DNA of 64,000 nucleotides from Candidatus Omnitrophota bacterium (GTDB lineage: Bacteria; Omnitrophota; Gorgyraeia; Zapsychrales; Zapsychraceae). The translations under genes and the position numbers were made by a program. Below the pieces are notes generated by a model that was not told where the DNA came from, ran no database searches, and was given only the letters and a program-made list of their open reading frames with translations. Position 1 is the stretch's first letter; each line of letters opens with the position of its first letter. Positions 48,727 through 58,571 of the stretch are shown piece after piece. The DNA lies in assembly GCA_023247445.1 (NCBI GenBank), contig JAHFGL010000008.1, forward strand, positions 13,774 through 77,773. The letters are read 5' to 3'.

Positions 48727-50948
48727 AAGATTTAAAGACATTTATTCGGCAAAAATTTTCGCCTTTAACATGGGTTGGTTTAATTATTATCGGCTATGCT
48801 GTCCTCTTTTTCCGCAATGTTATGCAACCGAATTGGGTATTTGTCGGTGACACGCTCAATAATTTTGGTGTCTATTATTATCAATATGCGGGATTTGCCA
48901 GGGGTGAATATCCGCTATGGAATCCACTGGTCAGATCCGGCCAGCCGGAGATCATCCATCAAGGTATGCAGTTGGCAAATCCCATTTCTAATATGGTGAT
49001 GCTTATTTCTGTTTTAAGTGGAATTCAAAGCATAATTTTTTCTTACGCCATCTGCATCTTTGTTTATATTGCACTCTATGTCTCAGGGGTTTATTTGCTG
49101 GTTTCCTGCTGGACGAATAACCGTTATGCCGGGGTTTTTGCGTCTTTTTTAGCGATAGGTTCTTCCACGGTTTTCTATGGTACGTACCACGTGTCCTTTA
49201 TTCTTATGGTTCATGCGGTCCCATGGATATTTTACTCTTTTATGATGTATTTTCGAACGTTTCGATTTAAATATTTACTTATTTTTATTTTAGCGAGCAT
49301 CTCGATGTTATATTCCTATGAATTTTTTCTGGGGGGCGCATATATTCTAATGCTTTCAGTCGCGCTAATGTTTTTTTATTATAAAAAACTACCAGGTGTT
49401 GTTGACACATTTAAAAAAATTCCACTTCGGCATATAGTGATTGCGGCGGGTATTTTGGTTATCGCCATACTTCCCAATTTAATTATATTTACGCAGCTAA
49501 GAGAGAAATTTCTGGTTTTTTCAAGGTTAAGCAATGTTAATCTAACGGAACAATACACCTTAACGTTCCAGAATTTGTTTCATGGCAGACATTTTTCATT
49601 CCCGATTATTTTCTCCGGATTTTGGGCGTCGCTATTTACCGGGGTCTTTAGAAATACTTTTGAATCTCTGCGGCATTACGTTGGGCCTTTAACTTTTCCT
49701 TTCATTCTTCTCGCGTTATTCTCTAAAAAAAAAATTGTCTGGTGCCTAGTCTTATCGGGGATTCTTATTGCGATGCTGGCCGGAAATATTTTTCCCGCTA
49801 ATCTTCTTCTAGAACTACCCATTTTTTCTCTTATAGGCAATGCCCATTTTTTGTTACAATTTTTTGTTCTCGTTTTAATTGTTATTGCTGGTTTTGGTTT
49901 TGATGTCCTGATTCAGGAAAAGGATAAAAAGGTATTTAACGCCGCTTCTATCTTGTTAATCCTTATATCATTTATAATACTCTTTTCACGATTTGTTTCT
50001 TCTCCTTATAATGATGGGATTTTATGGATAACAATTGTATCAATTTTAGGAAGTCTTTTGCTTGTCAATTTTTGTCCATCAAGATTTTTTATCCATTCTT
50101 TTTTTGCTTTAGCCTTTATAACTACTTTGCTATCGGTGTTTTGGATTTTTCATCTGCCGATGTCGGGCTATATAAGCCGTAACCCTTCAACGGCTATTGT
50201 TTCCAACCGTTCGGATTATTCTCTGCAATTCCAATACGAAAGACCGCGGGATATCGAAACGATTAAACTATCCAATGAATCCGCATCTTTTGGATACGAC
50301 GAATTTTCTTCTTATGTAACTTTAAAAGATAATTCGTATAAAACAGCAAAAGGAGTTGAGGGGGGGCTTTCCACTTACCCGGTCATGCAATCCTATTATT
50401 TGTTTTTATTTCTGCCATGGCATGAAGGAATCATGAGTAAAAAATTTTTCTTTTTCCCACGGTCCTATATCTCCGATAACCCAAAACAGATGATCGCATT
50501 CCGGGATGTCCGTGTTCTTTCTGCCATGCTTGCTCAAGGCATAGGAATCGTCGATAAACTTAAGAATACAGATATTTCTCTTGGGCCTTTTTATCCGGAA
50601 TCTGCTGCAGGTTTGGTCAATAAGACTTTTGAAAACAAGTGGGATGTTCATGTAACCGAATATAAGGCAAATAGTCTGCGGGCTAGTGTGTCTATAAAAC
50701 AGCCTGGTCTATTTATGTATACAGACCTTTGGGATAATGGGTGGAGAGTGCGTGTGGATGGAAAAGAAGCGCCTTTGAGAAAAGTCTTTCATACATTTAA
50801 GGGTGTTGAACTGCCGGTGGGAATTCATGAAATTTTATTTTATTACAACAATCAACTTTTCTTTTTTATTATGCTTATGAATGCCACTTTCATTTTGTGT
50901 GTTTTATTGCTAATCTTTAATAGAAGAGGGCTGGAAGCAATTTCTTAA
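48723..50948 (+). CDS. Polytopic membrane protein with a C-terminal extracytoplasmic domain (YfhO/GT-C-like)
   Basis: 741 aa. At least 12 hydrophobic helices in the first ~470 aa, then a soluble domain. GEYPLWNPLVRSGQPE near the N-terminus. Confidence 0.4.
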   Translation: MKDLKTFIRQKFSPLTWVGLIIIGYAVLFFRNVMQPNWVFVGDTLNNFGVYYYQYAGFARGEYPLWNPLVRSGQPEIIHQGMQLANPISNMVMLISVLSGIQSIIFSYAICIFVYIALYVSGVYLLVSCWTNNRYAGVFASFLAIGSSTVFYGTYHVSFILMVHAVPWIFYSFMMYFRTFRFKYLLIFILASISMLYSYEFFLGGAYILMLSVALMFFYYKKLPGVVDTFKKIPLRHIVIAAGILVIAILPNLIIFTQLREKFLVFSRLSNVNLTEQYTLTFQNLFHGRHFSFPIIFSGFWASLFTGVFRNTFESLRHYVGPLTFPFILLALFSKKKIVWCLVLSGILIAMLAGNIFPANLLLELPIFSLIGNAHFLLQFFVLVLIVIAGFGFDVLIQEKDKKVFNAASILLILISFIILFSRFVSSPYNDGILWITIVSILGSLLLVNFCPSRFFIHSFFALAFITTLLSVFWIFHLPMSGYISRNPSTAIVSNRSDYSLQFQYERPRDIETIKLSNESASFGYDEFSSYVTLKDNSYKTAKGVEGGLSTYPVMQSYYLFLFLPWHEGIMSKKFFFFPRSYISDNPKQMIAFRDVRVLSAMLAQGIGIVDKLKNTDISLGPFYPESAAGLVNKTFENKWDVHVTEYKANSLRASVSIKQPGLFMYTDLWDNGWRVRVDGKEAPLRKVFHTFKGVELPVGIHEILFYYNNQLFFFIMLMNATFILCVLLLIFNRRGLEAIS

Positions 50949-51064
50949 CGAAGCACAAATTTTATATGAAAAGAATATTAGTCGCTGGTGGTTGCAGATT
51001 TTAGGTTCAAGAAAGCCAGGGGTTAAAGGTCATTTAATATTTCCATTAATATTTCAATTATTCC

Positions 51065-51093
51065 TTGACAATACTTTTGGGCACGAGTATAGT
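51065..51093 (+). promoter_or_regulatory. Sigma70-like promoter: TTGACA, 17-nt spacer, TATAGT
   Basis: Consensus -35 at 51065-51070 and -10 at 51088-51093, in the only >150-nt intergenic gap, about 40 nt upstream of the AAGGAG RBS of the 51135 gene. Confidence 0.4.
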
Positions 51094-51134
51094 ACATCTT
51101 ATATTTAATAAAAAATTTTAAAAGATAAAGGAGA

Positions 51135-52769
51135 TTGATGTTACTAATTAATCCTTGTCAAGAAAAATTCGGCGGTTTTCTCTCTCGTTATATGCAAGTC
51201 GGCATCCCAGTTGCCATAGGTATTATATGCGCCTACATGGAAAAATATGGTGTTAAAACTAAGGTTTTTGATGAGGAAATTGCAGAACTTACTCCTTCTA
51301 TCTTGAATGATCTTGTCAAAGATATGGAAAAGCCTTATGTTTTCGGCTTTACCTGTATGACCGCCCATGTTGTACGTGGTTATCAATTGACTAAAATGTT
51401 AAAAACACTTTATCCGGATTGCTATGTGATTGCCGGAGGTCTCCAGGCAACCGCTTTACCGGAAGAACCATTATCTTACGGGGTCGATTTTGTTATCCGC
51501 GGCGAAGGTGAAGAGGTCTTATTGCAGCTGTACAGGGCTATACGCGGTGATAAAGATTACACTCAGATTAAGGGGATCACCTACATGCCGGATGGTAAAG
51601 TTGTCCATAATTGTGATGCCCCGCTTATTCCTGATCTTAATTCAATTCCCATATTTCCTTACCAATATTTTGAGCACCCTAAATATGACAGAGGATTTAT
51701 GGTTTCTTCACGAGGCTGTCCATACCGCTGTAATTACTGCAGTATCCGCATGATGAATGGAACAACATACCGTTTTCTTTCTCCCGAACGTATTGTTACC
51801 GAACTGGATATTTTGATTAACAAATATGGTCAGAAACAGGTCGTGTTTTATGATGATAATTTTTGTTTCAAAAAACGTCGTGTCAAGGAAGTCTGTGATG
51901 CGATCATTAAAGCAGACCTGCATAAAAAATGCGCCTTTTCAATCCAGACCCGCGCAGACAATTTCTATCCTGATGTTGTTCCCATGATGGCTGAAGCCGG
52001 ATTTAAACATGCGGGATTTGGGATGGAAACAGGTATTGACCGGTTGCATCATATTATTAACAAAGAAGAAACCGTCCAGCAGCACCGCGATGCCGTCAAT
52101 CTGGCTAAAAAATACGGCATGACAACTGCTCTTTTTATGATTTTCGGCTTGCCAACAGAAACTCACGAAGATCGTAGGGAATCATTTAAGATCGTTGACT
52201 CCATGGGAACAACGGAATCTAAATATAATAATTTGATTCCTTATCCAGGAACACCAATGTATAAAACTTTAAGCACTAACGATCGGATTCATATTCAACC
52301 GGCTTGGGCAAATTTTATCAGTACTCTCTCGATAACGCGCAGTATTTTTGATAAGACGCCGCTTCCTTATGTTCCTGATTCAGCTTCAGAATGGGAACTT
52401 AAACGAGATATTATTTTATTTAATTTAAAAACATATTTTACTCCGCGAGTTATGTTCAGCATAGTAACCGGTAAAAAGGGGATGGGATGGACGAAGTTGC
52501 CTGCTCGTTGGTACTTGAATCCCGTGGAGCTTTATCATCTAACGAAAACCGTTTTTGCATTAATGACCAATTTGATTATTGCCGTTTTGCCTTTGTGGAT
52601 AACCGAACCTATTATGTGTGCGTTTAATCCTGTTTTAAGAAGACGTCAACGCATTCCTAATGCGCCCAAAGAAGCAGAAATTGAAGGTTGGGACGCTGTT
52701 TCCGCAGTACGTTACCGTCCTGGTCCTGTTACTCAAGTCAAAGAAAAGTCTCAACCTGCCTTAACTTAG
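51135..52769 (+). CDS. B12-binding radical SAM enzyme
   Basis: B12-binding-like N-terminal domain, RGCPYRCNYCSI cluster motif. 544 aa. Confidence 0.7.
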   Translation: MMLLINPCQEKFGGFLSRYMQVGIPVAIGIICAYMEKYGVKTKVFDEEIAELTPSILNDLVKDMEKPYVFGFTCMTAHVVRGYQLTKMLKTLYPDCYVIAGGLQATALPEEPLSYGVDFVIRGEGEEVLLQLYRAIRGDKDYTQIKGITYMPDGKVVHNCDAPLIPDLNSIPIFPYQYFEHPKYDRGFMVSSRGCPYRCNYCSIRMMNGTTYRFLSPERIVTELDILINKYGQKQVVFYDDNFCFKKRRVKEVCDAIIKADLHKKCAFSIQTRADNFYPDVVPMMAEAGFKHAGFGMETGIDRLHHIINKEETVQQHRDAVNLAKKYGMTTALFMIFGLPTETHEDRRESFKIVDSMGTTESKYNNLIPYPGTPMYKTLSTNDRIHIQPAWANFISTLSITRSIFDKTPLPYVPDSASEWELKRDIILFNLKTYFTPRVMFSIVTGKKGMGWTKLPARWYLNPVELYHLTKTVFALMTNLIIAVLPLWITEPIMCAFNPVLRRRQRIPNAPKEAEIEGWDAVSAVRYRPGPVTQVKEKSQPALT

Positions 52770-52816
52770 TTAATTAGAATTCCGAAAAATATCTTATTAA
52801 ATGGAGGTCACCTTGT

Positions 52817-53590
52817 ATGAAAGTCGTTATTCTCTGCGGCGGGCAGGGTATGCGGTTAAGGGAAGAAACAGAAGTTAGACCTAAGCCAATGATCTCTATC
52901 GGGGGCATGCCTGTTTTATGGCACATCATGAAGACATATGCCTATTATGGATTTAAGGATTTCATTCTTTGTCTGGGGTATAAAGGAGAAGCCATTAAGG
53001 AATATTTTTATAACTATGAAATGTTATCCAATAATTTTACGATTGAACTTGGCACCAAAAATATTGAATTTTACCCAAAGCATGATGAAAATGGTTGGAG
53101 AGTAACTTTAGTGGACACGGGGCTTCAAGCGATGACAGGCGCCCGGGTTAAGAGAATAGAAAAATTCATCGATTCAGATATCTTTATGCTCACTTACGGC
53201 GATGGTGTCACAGACTTAAACATTAATACTTTGGTGAAATTTCATCAAGCGCATGGGAAAATTGGAACAGTGACGGGAGTATTCCCGCAATCGCGTTATG
53301 GTGAGCTTTCCATTCAGGACGATCATATCTTAGCCTTTGACGAGAAGCCAGTTAACCATAAAAATTTTATCAGCGGCGGCTACTTTGTCTTTAACAAAAG
53401 ATTTTTTAATTATCTCAAGGGTGATGATTCCTGTATCCTCGAACAGGAAGCAGTGCAAAAATTGGCTGCTGAGGGACAACTGAAAGTTTTTGCTCATAAC
53501 GGATTCTGGCAATGCATGGATACCTATCGGGATTATGTTTACTTACAGGACTTGTGGGAGAAAGGTAATCCTTCATGGAAAAAATGGTAA
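52817..53590 (+). CDS. rfbF: Glucose-1-phosphate cytidylyltransferase
   Basis: MKVVILCGGQGMRLREETEVRPKPMISIGGMPVLWHIM matches RfbF/DdhA. 257 aa. GGAGGT RBS. Confidence 0.85.
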   Translation: MKVVILCGGQGMRLREETEVRPKPMISIGGMPVLWHIMKTYAYYGFKDFILCLGYKGEAIKEYFYNYEMLSNNFTIELGTKNIEFYPKHDENGWRVTLVDTGLQAMTGARVKRIEKFIDSDIFMLTYGDGVTDLNINTLVKFHQAHGKIGTVTGVFPQSRYGELSIQDDHILAFDEKPVNHKNFISGGYFVFNKRFFNYLKGDDSCILEQEAVQKLAAEGQLKVFAHNGFWQCMDTYRDYVYLQDLWEKGNPSWKKW

Positions 53591-54708
53591 ATCATTCAGA
53601 ACATTTTCTGGGAGTTTATAGAAACAAAAGGGTCTTAGTCAGCGGTCATACAGGATTCAAGGGATCCTGGCTGAGCCTATGGCTTCTTAAACTGGGTGCC
53701 GATGTCGCCGGTTTTTCCAAATATCTTCCATCGCAGCCTTCTCATTTTGAAGTGACCCGGCTGCGCCAAAAAATGGTTCACTATGAAGGCGATATCTGTA
53801 ATATTAACGAGTTAAAAAGAGTGTTTAAAAAATTTCAGCCTCAGATCGTTTTTCATCTGGCGGCGCAGCCTATCGTCCGCACCGCGTACGATGCTCCTAA
53901 ATTGACCTTTGATACTAATTTGGGAGGGACCGTCAACATTTTGGAATGTATCAAAGAAAATCCCTGTGTGAAAGCAGGAGTTATCATTACAAGCGATAAG
54001 TGCTACCAAAACGTCGGCTGGGATTGGGGATATCGCGAGAGTGATCGGCTGGGAGGAGATGATCCGTATAGCGCCTCAAAGGCATGTGTGGAAATGGCGT
54101 GTCAGGCTTATTTCAAATCATTTTTTCATCAGAAAAATGCTTCTCAAATCGCCACAACGCGGGCCGGGAATGTGATCGGCGGCGGCGATTGGGCGAAAGA
54201 TAGAGTTGTTCCGGATTGCGTTAGGGCATGGAGTCGAAACAAAGTGCCTCTTATTCGTAAACCCAAGGCCACGCGGCCGTGGCAGCATGTTCTAGAGCCG
54301 GTGAGCGGTTATTTATGGTTAGGGGCCCGCCTGGTAAAGAAGCCGGAGGGATTGGCCGGCGAGGCATTCAATTTTGGGCCGGATGGAGAAATCGTCAAGT
54401 CTGTCGGAGAGCTGGTGGATACGTTTTTGCAATATTGGGGTAAAGGAAACTGGAAACACGATCCCTGGGACGGGCAAAAGAAAGAAGCTTCTTTATTAAA
54501 GTTGTCATGCGATAAGGCGTTGCGCAGACTGGCATGGCGGCCTCTTTTGAGTTTTGAGGAAACAGTCGAATTCACGGTTGAATGGTATAAAAATTATTAT
54601 CGTACTCCTAATGATGCTTACGGCTGTACAAATCGTCAAATCGATCGGTATATTTATAAAGCGATTAGTGAAAAGATGGCGTGGGCCGGTAACGGGAGCG
54701 GCCGATGA
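53575..54708 (+). CDS. rfbG: CDP-glucose 4,6-dehydratase
   Basis: YRNKRVLVSGHTGFKGSWLSLWL matches RfbG/DdhB. 377 aa. Confidence 0.85.
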   Translation: MEKMVNHSEHFLGVYRNKRVLVSGHTGFKGSWLSLWLLKLGADVAGFSKYLPSQPSHFEVTRLRQKMVHYEGDICNINELKRVFKKFQPQIVFHLAAQPIVRTAYDAPKLTFDTNLGGTVNILECIKENPCVKAGVIITSDKCYQNVGWDWGYRESDRLGGDDPYSASKACVEMACQAYFKSFFHQKNASQIATTRAGNVIGGGDWAKDRVVPDCVRAWSRNKVPLIRKPKATRPWQHVLEPVSGYLWLGARLVKKPEGLAGEAFNFGPDGEIVKSVGELVDTFLQYWGKGNWKHDPWDGQKKEASLLKLSCDKALRRLAWRPLLSFEETVEFTVEWYKNYYRTPNDAYGCTNRQIDRYIYKAISEKMAWAGNGSGR

Positions 54709-55154
54709 TCGAAGGTGTAAGAATCGAGCCCCGTAAAATATTACCTTACGAAAAGGGCGACGTGATGCAGATGTTGCGCGCTGATGAAAATTTTTTAAAA
54801 CAGTTTGGGGAGATATATTTCTCGTTTATTCATCCTGGCTTTGTCAAAGGATGGAAAAAGCATCAAAAACAGACCCAGCATTTTGTGGTGCCCGTTGGTA
54901 CAATCAAGCTGGTCTTGTACGATGATCGGCTTTTTTCGCGAACCAAAGGACAGTTGCAGGAAATAGAATTAGGAAGATCAAGATATCAATTAGTACGCAT
55001 ACCTCCCGAAGTGTGGTATGCCTTTCAGTCCATAGGTCAAGAAAGTGCCCTCATCGCTAATTGCACGGACATACCTCATGATCCCGCGGAAGCTGTAACA
55101 ATCGACCTTACTGATCAAACTGTTCCTTATACGTGGGATTTGGTAAAACGATGA
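54705..55154 (+). CDS. Cupin-fold NDP-4-keto-6-deoxyhexose epimerase/isomerase (RmlC/FdtA-like)
   Basis: 149 aa. GEIYFSFIHPGFVKGWKKHQ pattern. ATGA overlap with rfbG. Confidence 0.5.
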   Translation: MIEGVRIEPRKILPYEKGDVMQMLRADENFLKQFGEIYFSFIHPGFVKGWKKHQKQTQHFVVPVGTIKLVLYDDRLFSRTKGQLQEIELGRSRYQLVRIPPEVWYAFQSIGQESALIANCTDIPHDPAEAVTIDLTDQTVPYTWDLVKR

Positions 55155-56113
55155 GCATTTTGATCACAGGAGGGCTCGGATATATAGGCGGACGGTTAGC
55201 ATTTTTTTTAAAAGAAGAGACGAATGAAAAAATCTATCTGACCACAACAAGAGAGAAAGAACAATTACCGGTATGGGCTGAAAAATTCAATGTGTTGGCA
55301 ATGAATTTAGAGGATAAAGATTCGATTGGACACTGCCTTAAACAGGTCAGAGTGGATACGATCATTCATCTGGGAGCCATGAATCAAGCGCAGTGTCAAA
55401 AAAATCCTGAACCGGCTGTAGATGTGAATGTGAAAGGAACAGAACGATTATTGGAGGCTGCTCTTTTTAATGGACTAAAACGTTTTATCTATTTATCGAC
55501 ATTTCATGTTTATGGAAAATTTTCGGGCGAGATTACGGAGCAGACGTTAACTTCTCCAGGTAATCCATATTCGCTGAGCAAACGCGCTGCAGAAGATGTT
55601 ATAAGTGATTACCGAAATTCCCATAATCTTCAAACTCTCATTTTAAGATTGTCTAATGTCTATGGCTATCCGATGGATCGTAACGTCAACGCGTGGTCGC
55701 TTGCCTTTAATGCGTTTTGCCGTCAGGTGATGGCCGGTGGTCAGTTGGTCGTCCAATCCAACCCGTATCGGGATTTTATTCCCATGAGGGACGTTGTGAG
55801 AGCGGTTCATCATTTTCTTTTTATTGTCCCCGCTGAGGACTGGGCAGATGGTTTATTTAATTTAGGAGGGGATTGTTGTTTGTCTATTTCTCAAGTAGCC
55901 GACCACGTGGCTGCGGTTTACCAAAGAAAATATAATAAGGCGCTAATTTCCATCGAATATCCTACAAAAGGCGGCCAAAATCCGCAAGATCAACCCTTTC
56001 AATACAATGTCGATAAATTAAAGCGCACGGGATTTAAATGGGTTAACAACATGGAAGAGGAAATTACGAAGACCTTGGTGTTGTGTGAAGAATTTCAAAA
56101 TAAAAGAGCATAA
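55151..56113 (+). CDS. NAD(P)-dependent SDR reductase/epimerase, likely completing the CDP-6-deoxyhexose pathway
   Basis: ILITGGLGYIGGRL. ATGA overlap. The track ORF starts at 55133. Confidence 0.7.
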   Translation: MSILITGGLGYIGGRLAFFLKEETNEKIYLTTTREKEQLPVWAEKFNVLAMNLEDKDSIGHCLKQVRVDTIIHLGAMNQAQCQKNPEPAVDVNVKGTERLLEAALFNGLKRFIYLSTFHVYGKFSGEITEQTLTSPGNPYSLSKRAAEDVISDYRNSHNLQTLILRLSNVYGYPMDRNVNAWSLAFNAFCRQVMAGGQLVVQSNPYRDFIPMRDVVRAVHHFLFIVPAEDWADGLFNLGGDCCLSISQVADHVAAVYQRKYNKALISIEYPTKGGQNPQDQPFQYNVDKLKRTGFKWVNNMEEEITKTLVLCEEFQNKRA

Positions 56114-56114
56114 A

Positions 56115-57080
56115 ATGTCTAGCCCGTTTATATCTGTTATTATGCCAACGTATAATCAGGCCGAATTTATCGGCGAGGCTATCGAATCGGTTTTGAATCA
56201 AACTTATCAATCTCTTGAGCTTATCGTTGTTGATAATTATTCTCAAGATAAGACCCAGGGAATTGTAGAGGCATTCAACGACCAAAGGATAAAATATTAT
56301 AAATTTTCTAATCAAGGAATCATTGCCGCCTCGCGGAATTATGGTATTCGCCAGGCGAATGGTAAGTACATCGCTTTTATTGATTCGGATGATATTTGGT
56401 TTGCCGATAAGCTAAGATTACAAATCGATATGATGGAGAATGACGAGAGCTGTCAAATGGTATTCTGCCAGTTCCAAGCCGCCGATGCGAACGGGCGGAC
56501 TTTGGGTAAGATTTTTGGTCCCAAAGATATCAAGGTCGGTGGATATATTTATGATAAATTGATTCGATACAATTTTGTTGTTTCTTCCTCGGTCGTTGTA
56601 AGAAGAATGTTTTTAAATGAAAGCGGCGGTTTTGATGAAGCGGCGAACCTGCGATGTGTCGAGGATTTTGATCTATGGCTGCGCATCGCGCGCCGCCATA
56701 AAGCCCTATTTCTTCCGAAAGTTCTGGGGATGTCTCGGATACATTCTTGTAATACGAATGTCGGCAGCCAGCGCCTGCAAAAAGCTTTGAATGTTATCGA
56801 CAAACAGCTTGCGGATGGATTTGTATCGAAACCTAGGGCCGATCGGGCAAAGGCGAATTTTTATTTCCGGGAAGGGTGGTTTTCTATCAACAGAGATACT
56901 CAATTGGCACGGTCTTGTTTTTGGAAAGCATGCGAGTTAAACGCGTATAATCCTAAAATCATTTTTTTAAGCCTGCTAGGTGCGGGAATTTCATTTTTCC
57001 CATCCCTGTATAATCGTATTAGAAAAAATGAATTAGACAAAAAAATTGCCTGGTCATTTTTCAATTCACAGAACCTTTAA
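56115..57080 (+). CDS. Family 2 glycosyltransferase
   Basis: ISVIMPTYNQAEFIGEAIESVLNQTY and a DSDD motif. Start ATG 56115 immediately after the upstream TAA. Confidence 0.75.
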   Translation: MSSPFISVIMPTYNQAEFIGEAIESVLNQTYQSLELIVVDNYSQDKTQGIVEAFNDQRIKYYKFSNQGIIAASRNYGIRQANGKYIAFIDSDDIWFADKLRLQIDMMENDESCQMVFCQFQAADANGRTLGKIFGPKDIKVGGYIYDKLIRYNFVVSSSVVVRRMFLNESGGFDEAANLRCVEDFDLWLRIARRHKALFLPKVLGMSRIHSCNTNVGSQRLQKALNVIDKQLADGFVSKPRADRAKANFYFREGWFSINRDTQLARSCFWKACELNAYNPKIIFLSLLGAGISFFPSLYNRIRKNELDKKIAWSFFNSQNL

Positions 57081-57082
57081 AT

Positions 57083-58570
57083 ATGAATAAAACTACTAAG
57101 TTTCTTGATTTGTTTGGTTTAATAAGTATAGGGATATTCTCTCTAGGATATATCTGGCTCAATGTCCCATTGGCTGAACTTCATATCCAATTGTCTTTTT
57201 TGGACTTCCCAATATTTATTGGTGAAATATTACTGTTTATATGCCTAGTGATATTTATTTTTAGATGTGGAATCACGCCCCTCAAACTTAACCGATGGTA
57301 TTATGTGTTGATCCCTTATTTAATTTTTGTCATTACTAAAGCGCTCATAGGATACACACAATATGGCCCGTTGGCATTTCGAGACGCGGCCTTATTTTAT
57401 TATCCTCTCTTTATTCTTTTAGGTTATTGTTTTTATCAACGCGATTATTTTAGCAGCCCATGGATTTTCTTGATTTTCTTACCTATTGTATTAATTTTAT
57501 TTTCTATGGAAAGCACATTTACCGTTCATTGGGCACTGAGTTGTTCTATCCTAGGATTTGCCCTGCTCGTGGCATATCCGAATAAACTCTGGAGATACGC
57601 CCTGTTAGCTGTCCTAGTGGCAGTCACTCCGTATAAACTTTTTTTTCACACGTCTCGAATGATGCTGGTAAGCAATATTATCACGGGAATATATTTGATA
57701 ATTGTCTTCTATATTATTATACCGTTTAATAGAAAAATTAAGCTGATGTTTGTTATTTTAGGAATCCTTTTCTTTGGTGCTGGAACGTTTATGTTGTCAT
57801 ATACAGCTAGAGCAAAATCCATCATCAGTTTGAGAGAATTGATTATTTTGTACAATGAATACGATAAGGTTATTCAACAAAAGATGGATCATTATAAATT
57901 AATGAAGGTAAATAAAATTAGACTATTTAACGAGGAGAGTAAAGAAAACGATTTATATGCGTATTTTAAGATGGAAGAATTTAGGAAAAAAGAACTGCCG
58001 GATTCCCATACAGAAATATCAGACGCCGGTATGCCTAAGGATTTTAAGGGATATTCTACACCCATAGAGATAATACAGGTGGGAGAAAAAGTTGTTAAAC
58101 AATATGGAATCCCAATTGGGTATTATCATAATGCGCTTTTTCGTCTTTTTATTTGGAGAGATATGATAAATGAATTGAAGAAAGGTAAACCCATTTTCGG
58201 CTTTAGTTTTGGGAAGCCATTGCGTTCAATCAGCCTGGAAATTCTTAATTGGGGAACAGTCGAGTGGGAACGAGATGGCTGGATCGCCCCGCATAACTCA
58301 TATTTGCATATCATTTATCGATCAGGTCTTGTGGGAATTCTATTTATATTAACTATCCTTATTATGTTGTTTAGGATGATTATAATATTTATCCAAGCAA
58401 AATCAGTTATCGGCGTACTATTGTGCGGGATTATTATCAATTGGTTTGTAGCGGCGAATTTTTTATTGATATTCGAACTTCCCTACACGGCAATACCTAT
58501 TTGGAGTTTGTACGGGATAACATTGGCTTATTGTTATAAACCTCCTTTGGATAAAAAGAAAGATTCGTAA
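57083..58570 (+). CDS. O-antigen ligase/polymerase family membrane protein (Wzy_C domain)
   Basis: About 10 TM helices. WIAPHNSYLHIIYRSGLVGI matches the Wzy_C 'HNsyL..l.e.G..G' signature. 495 aa. Confidence 0.55.
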   Translation: MNKTTKFLDLFGLISIGIFSLGYIWLNVPLAELHIQLSFLDFPIFIGEILLFICLVIFIFRCGITPLKLNRWYYVLIPYLIFVITKALIGYTQYGPLAFRDAALFYYPLFILLGYCFYQRDYFSSPWIFLIFLPIVLILFSMESTFTVHWALSCSILGFALLVAYPNKLWRYALLAVLVAVTPYKLFFHTSRMMLVSNIITGIYLIIVFYIIIPFNRKIKLMFVILGILFFGAGTFMLSYTARAKSIISLRELIILYNEYDKVIQQKMDHYKLMKVNKIRLFNEESKENDLYAYFKMEEFRKKELPDSHTEISDAGMPKDFKGYSTPIEIIQVGEKVVKQYGIPIGYYHNALFRLFIWRDMINELKKGKPIFGFSFGKPLRSISLEILNWGTVEWERDGWIAPHNSYLHIIYRSGLVGILFILTILIMLFRMIIIFIQAKSVIGVLLCGIIINWFVAANFLLIFELPYTAIPIWSLYGITLAYCYKPPLDKKKDS

Positions 58571-58571
58571 T

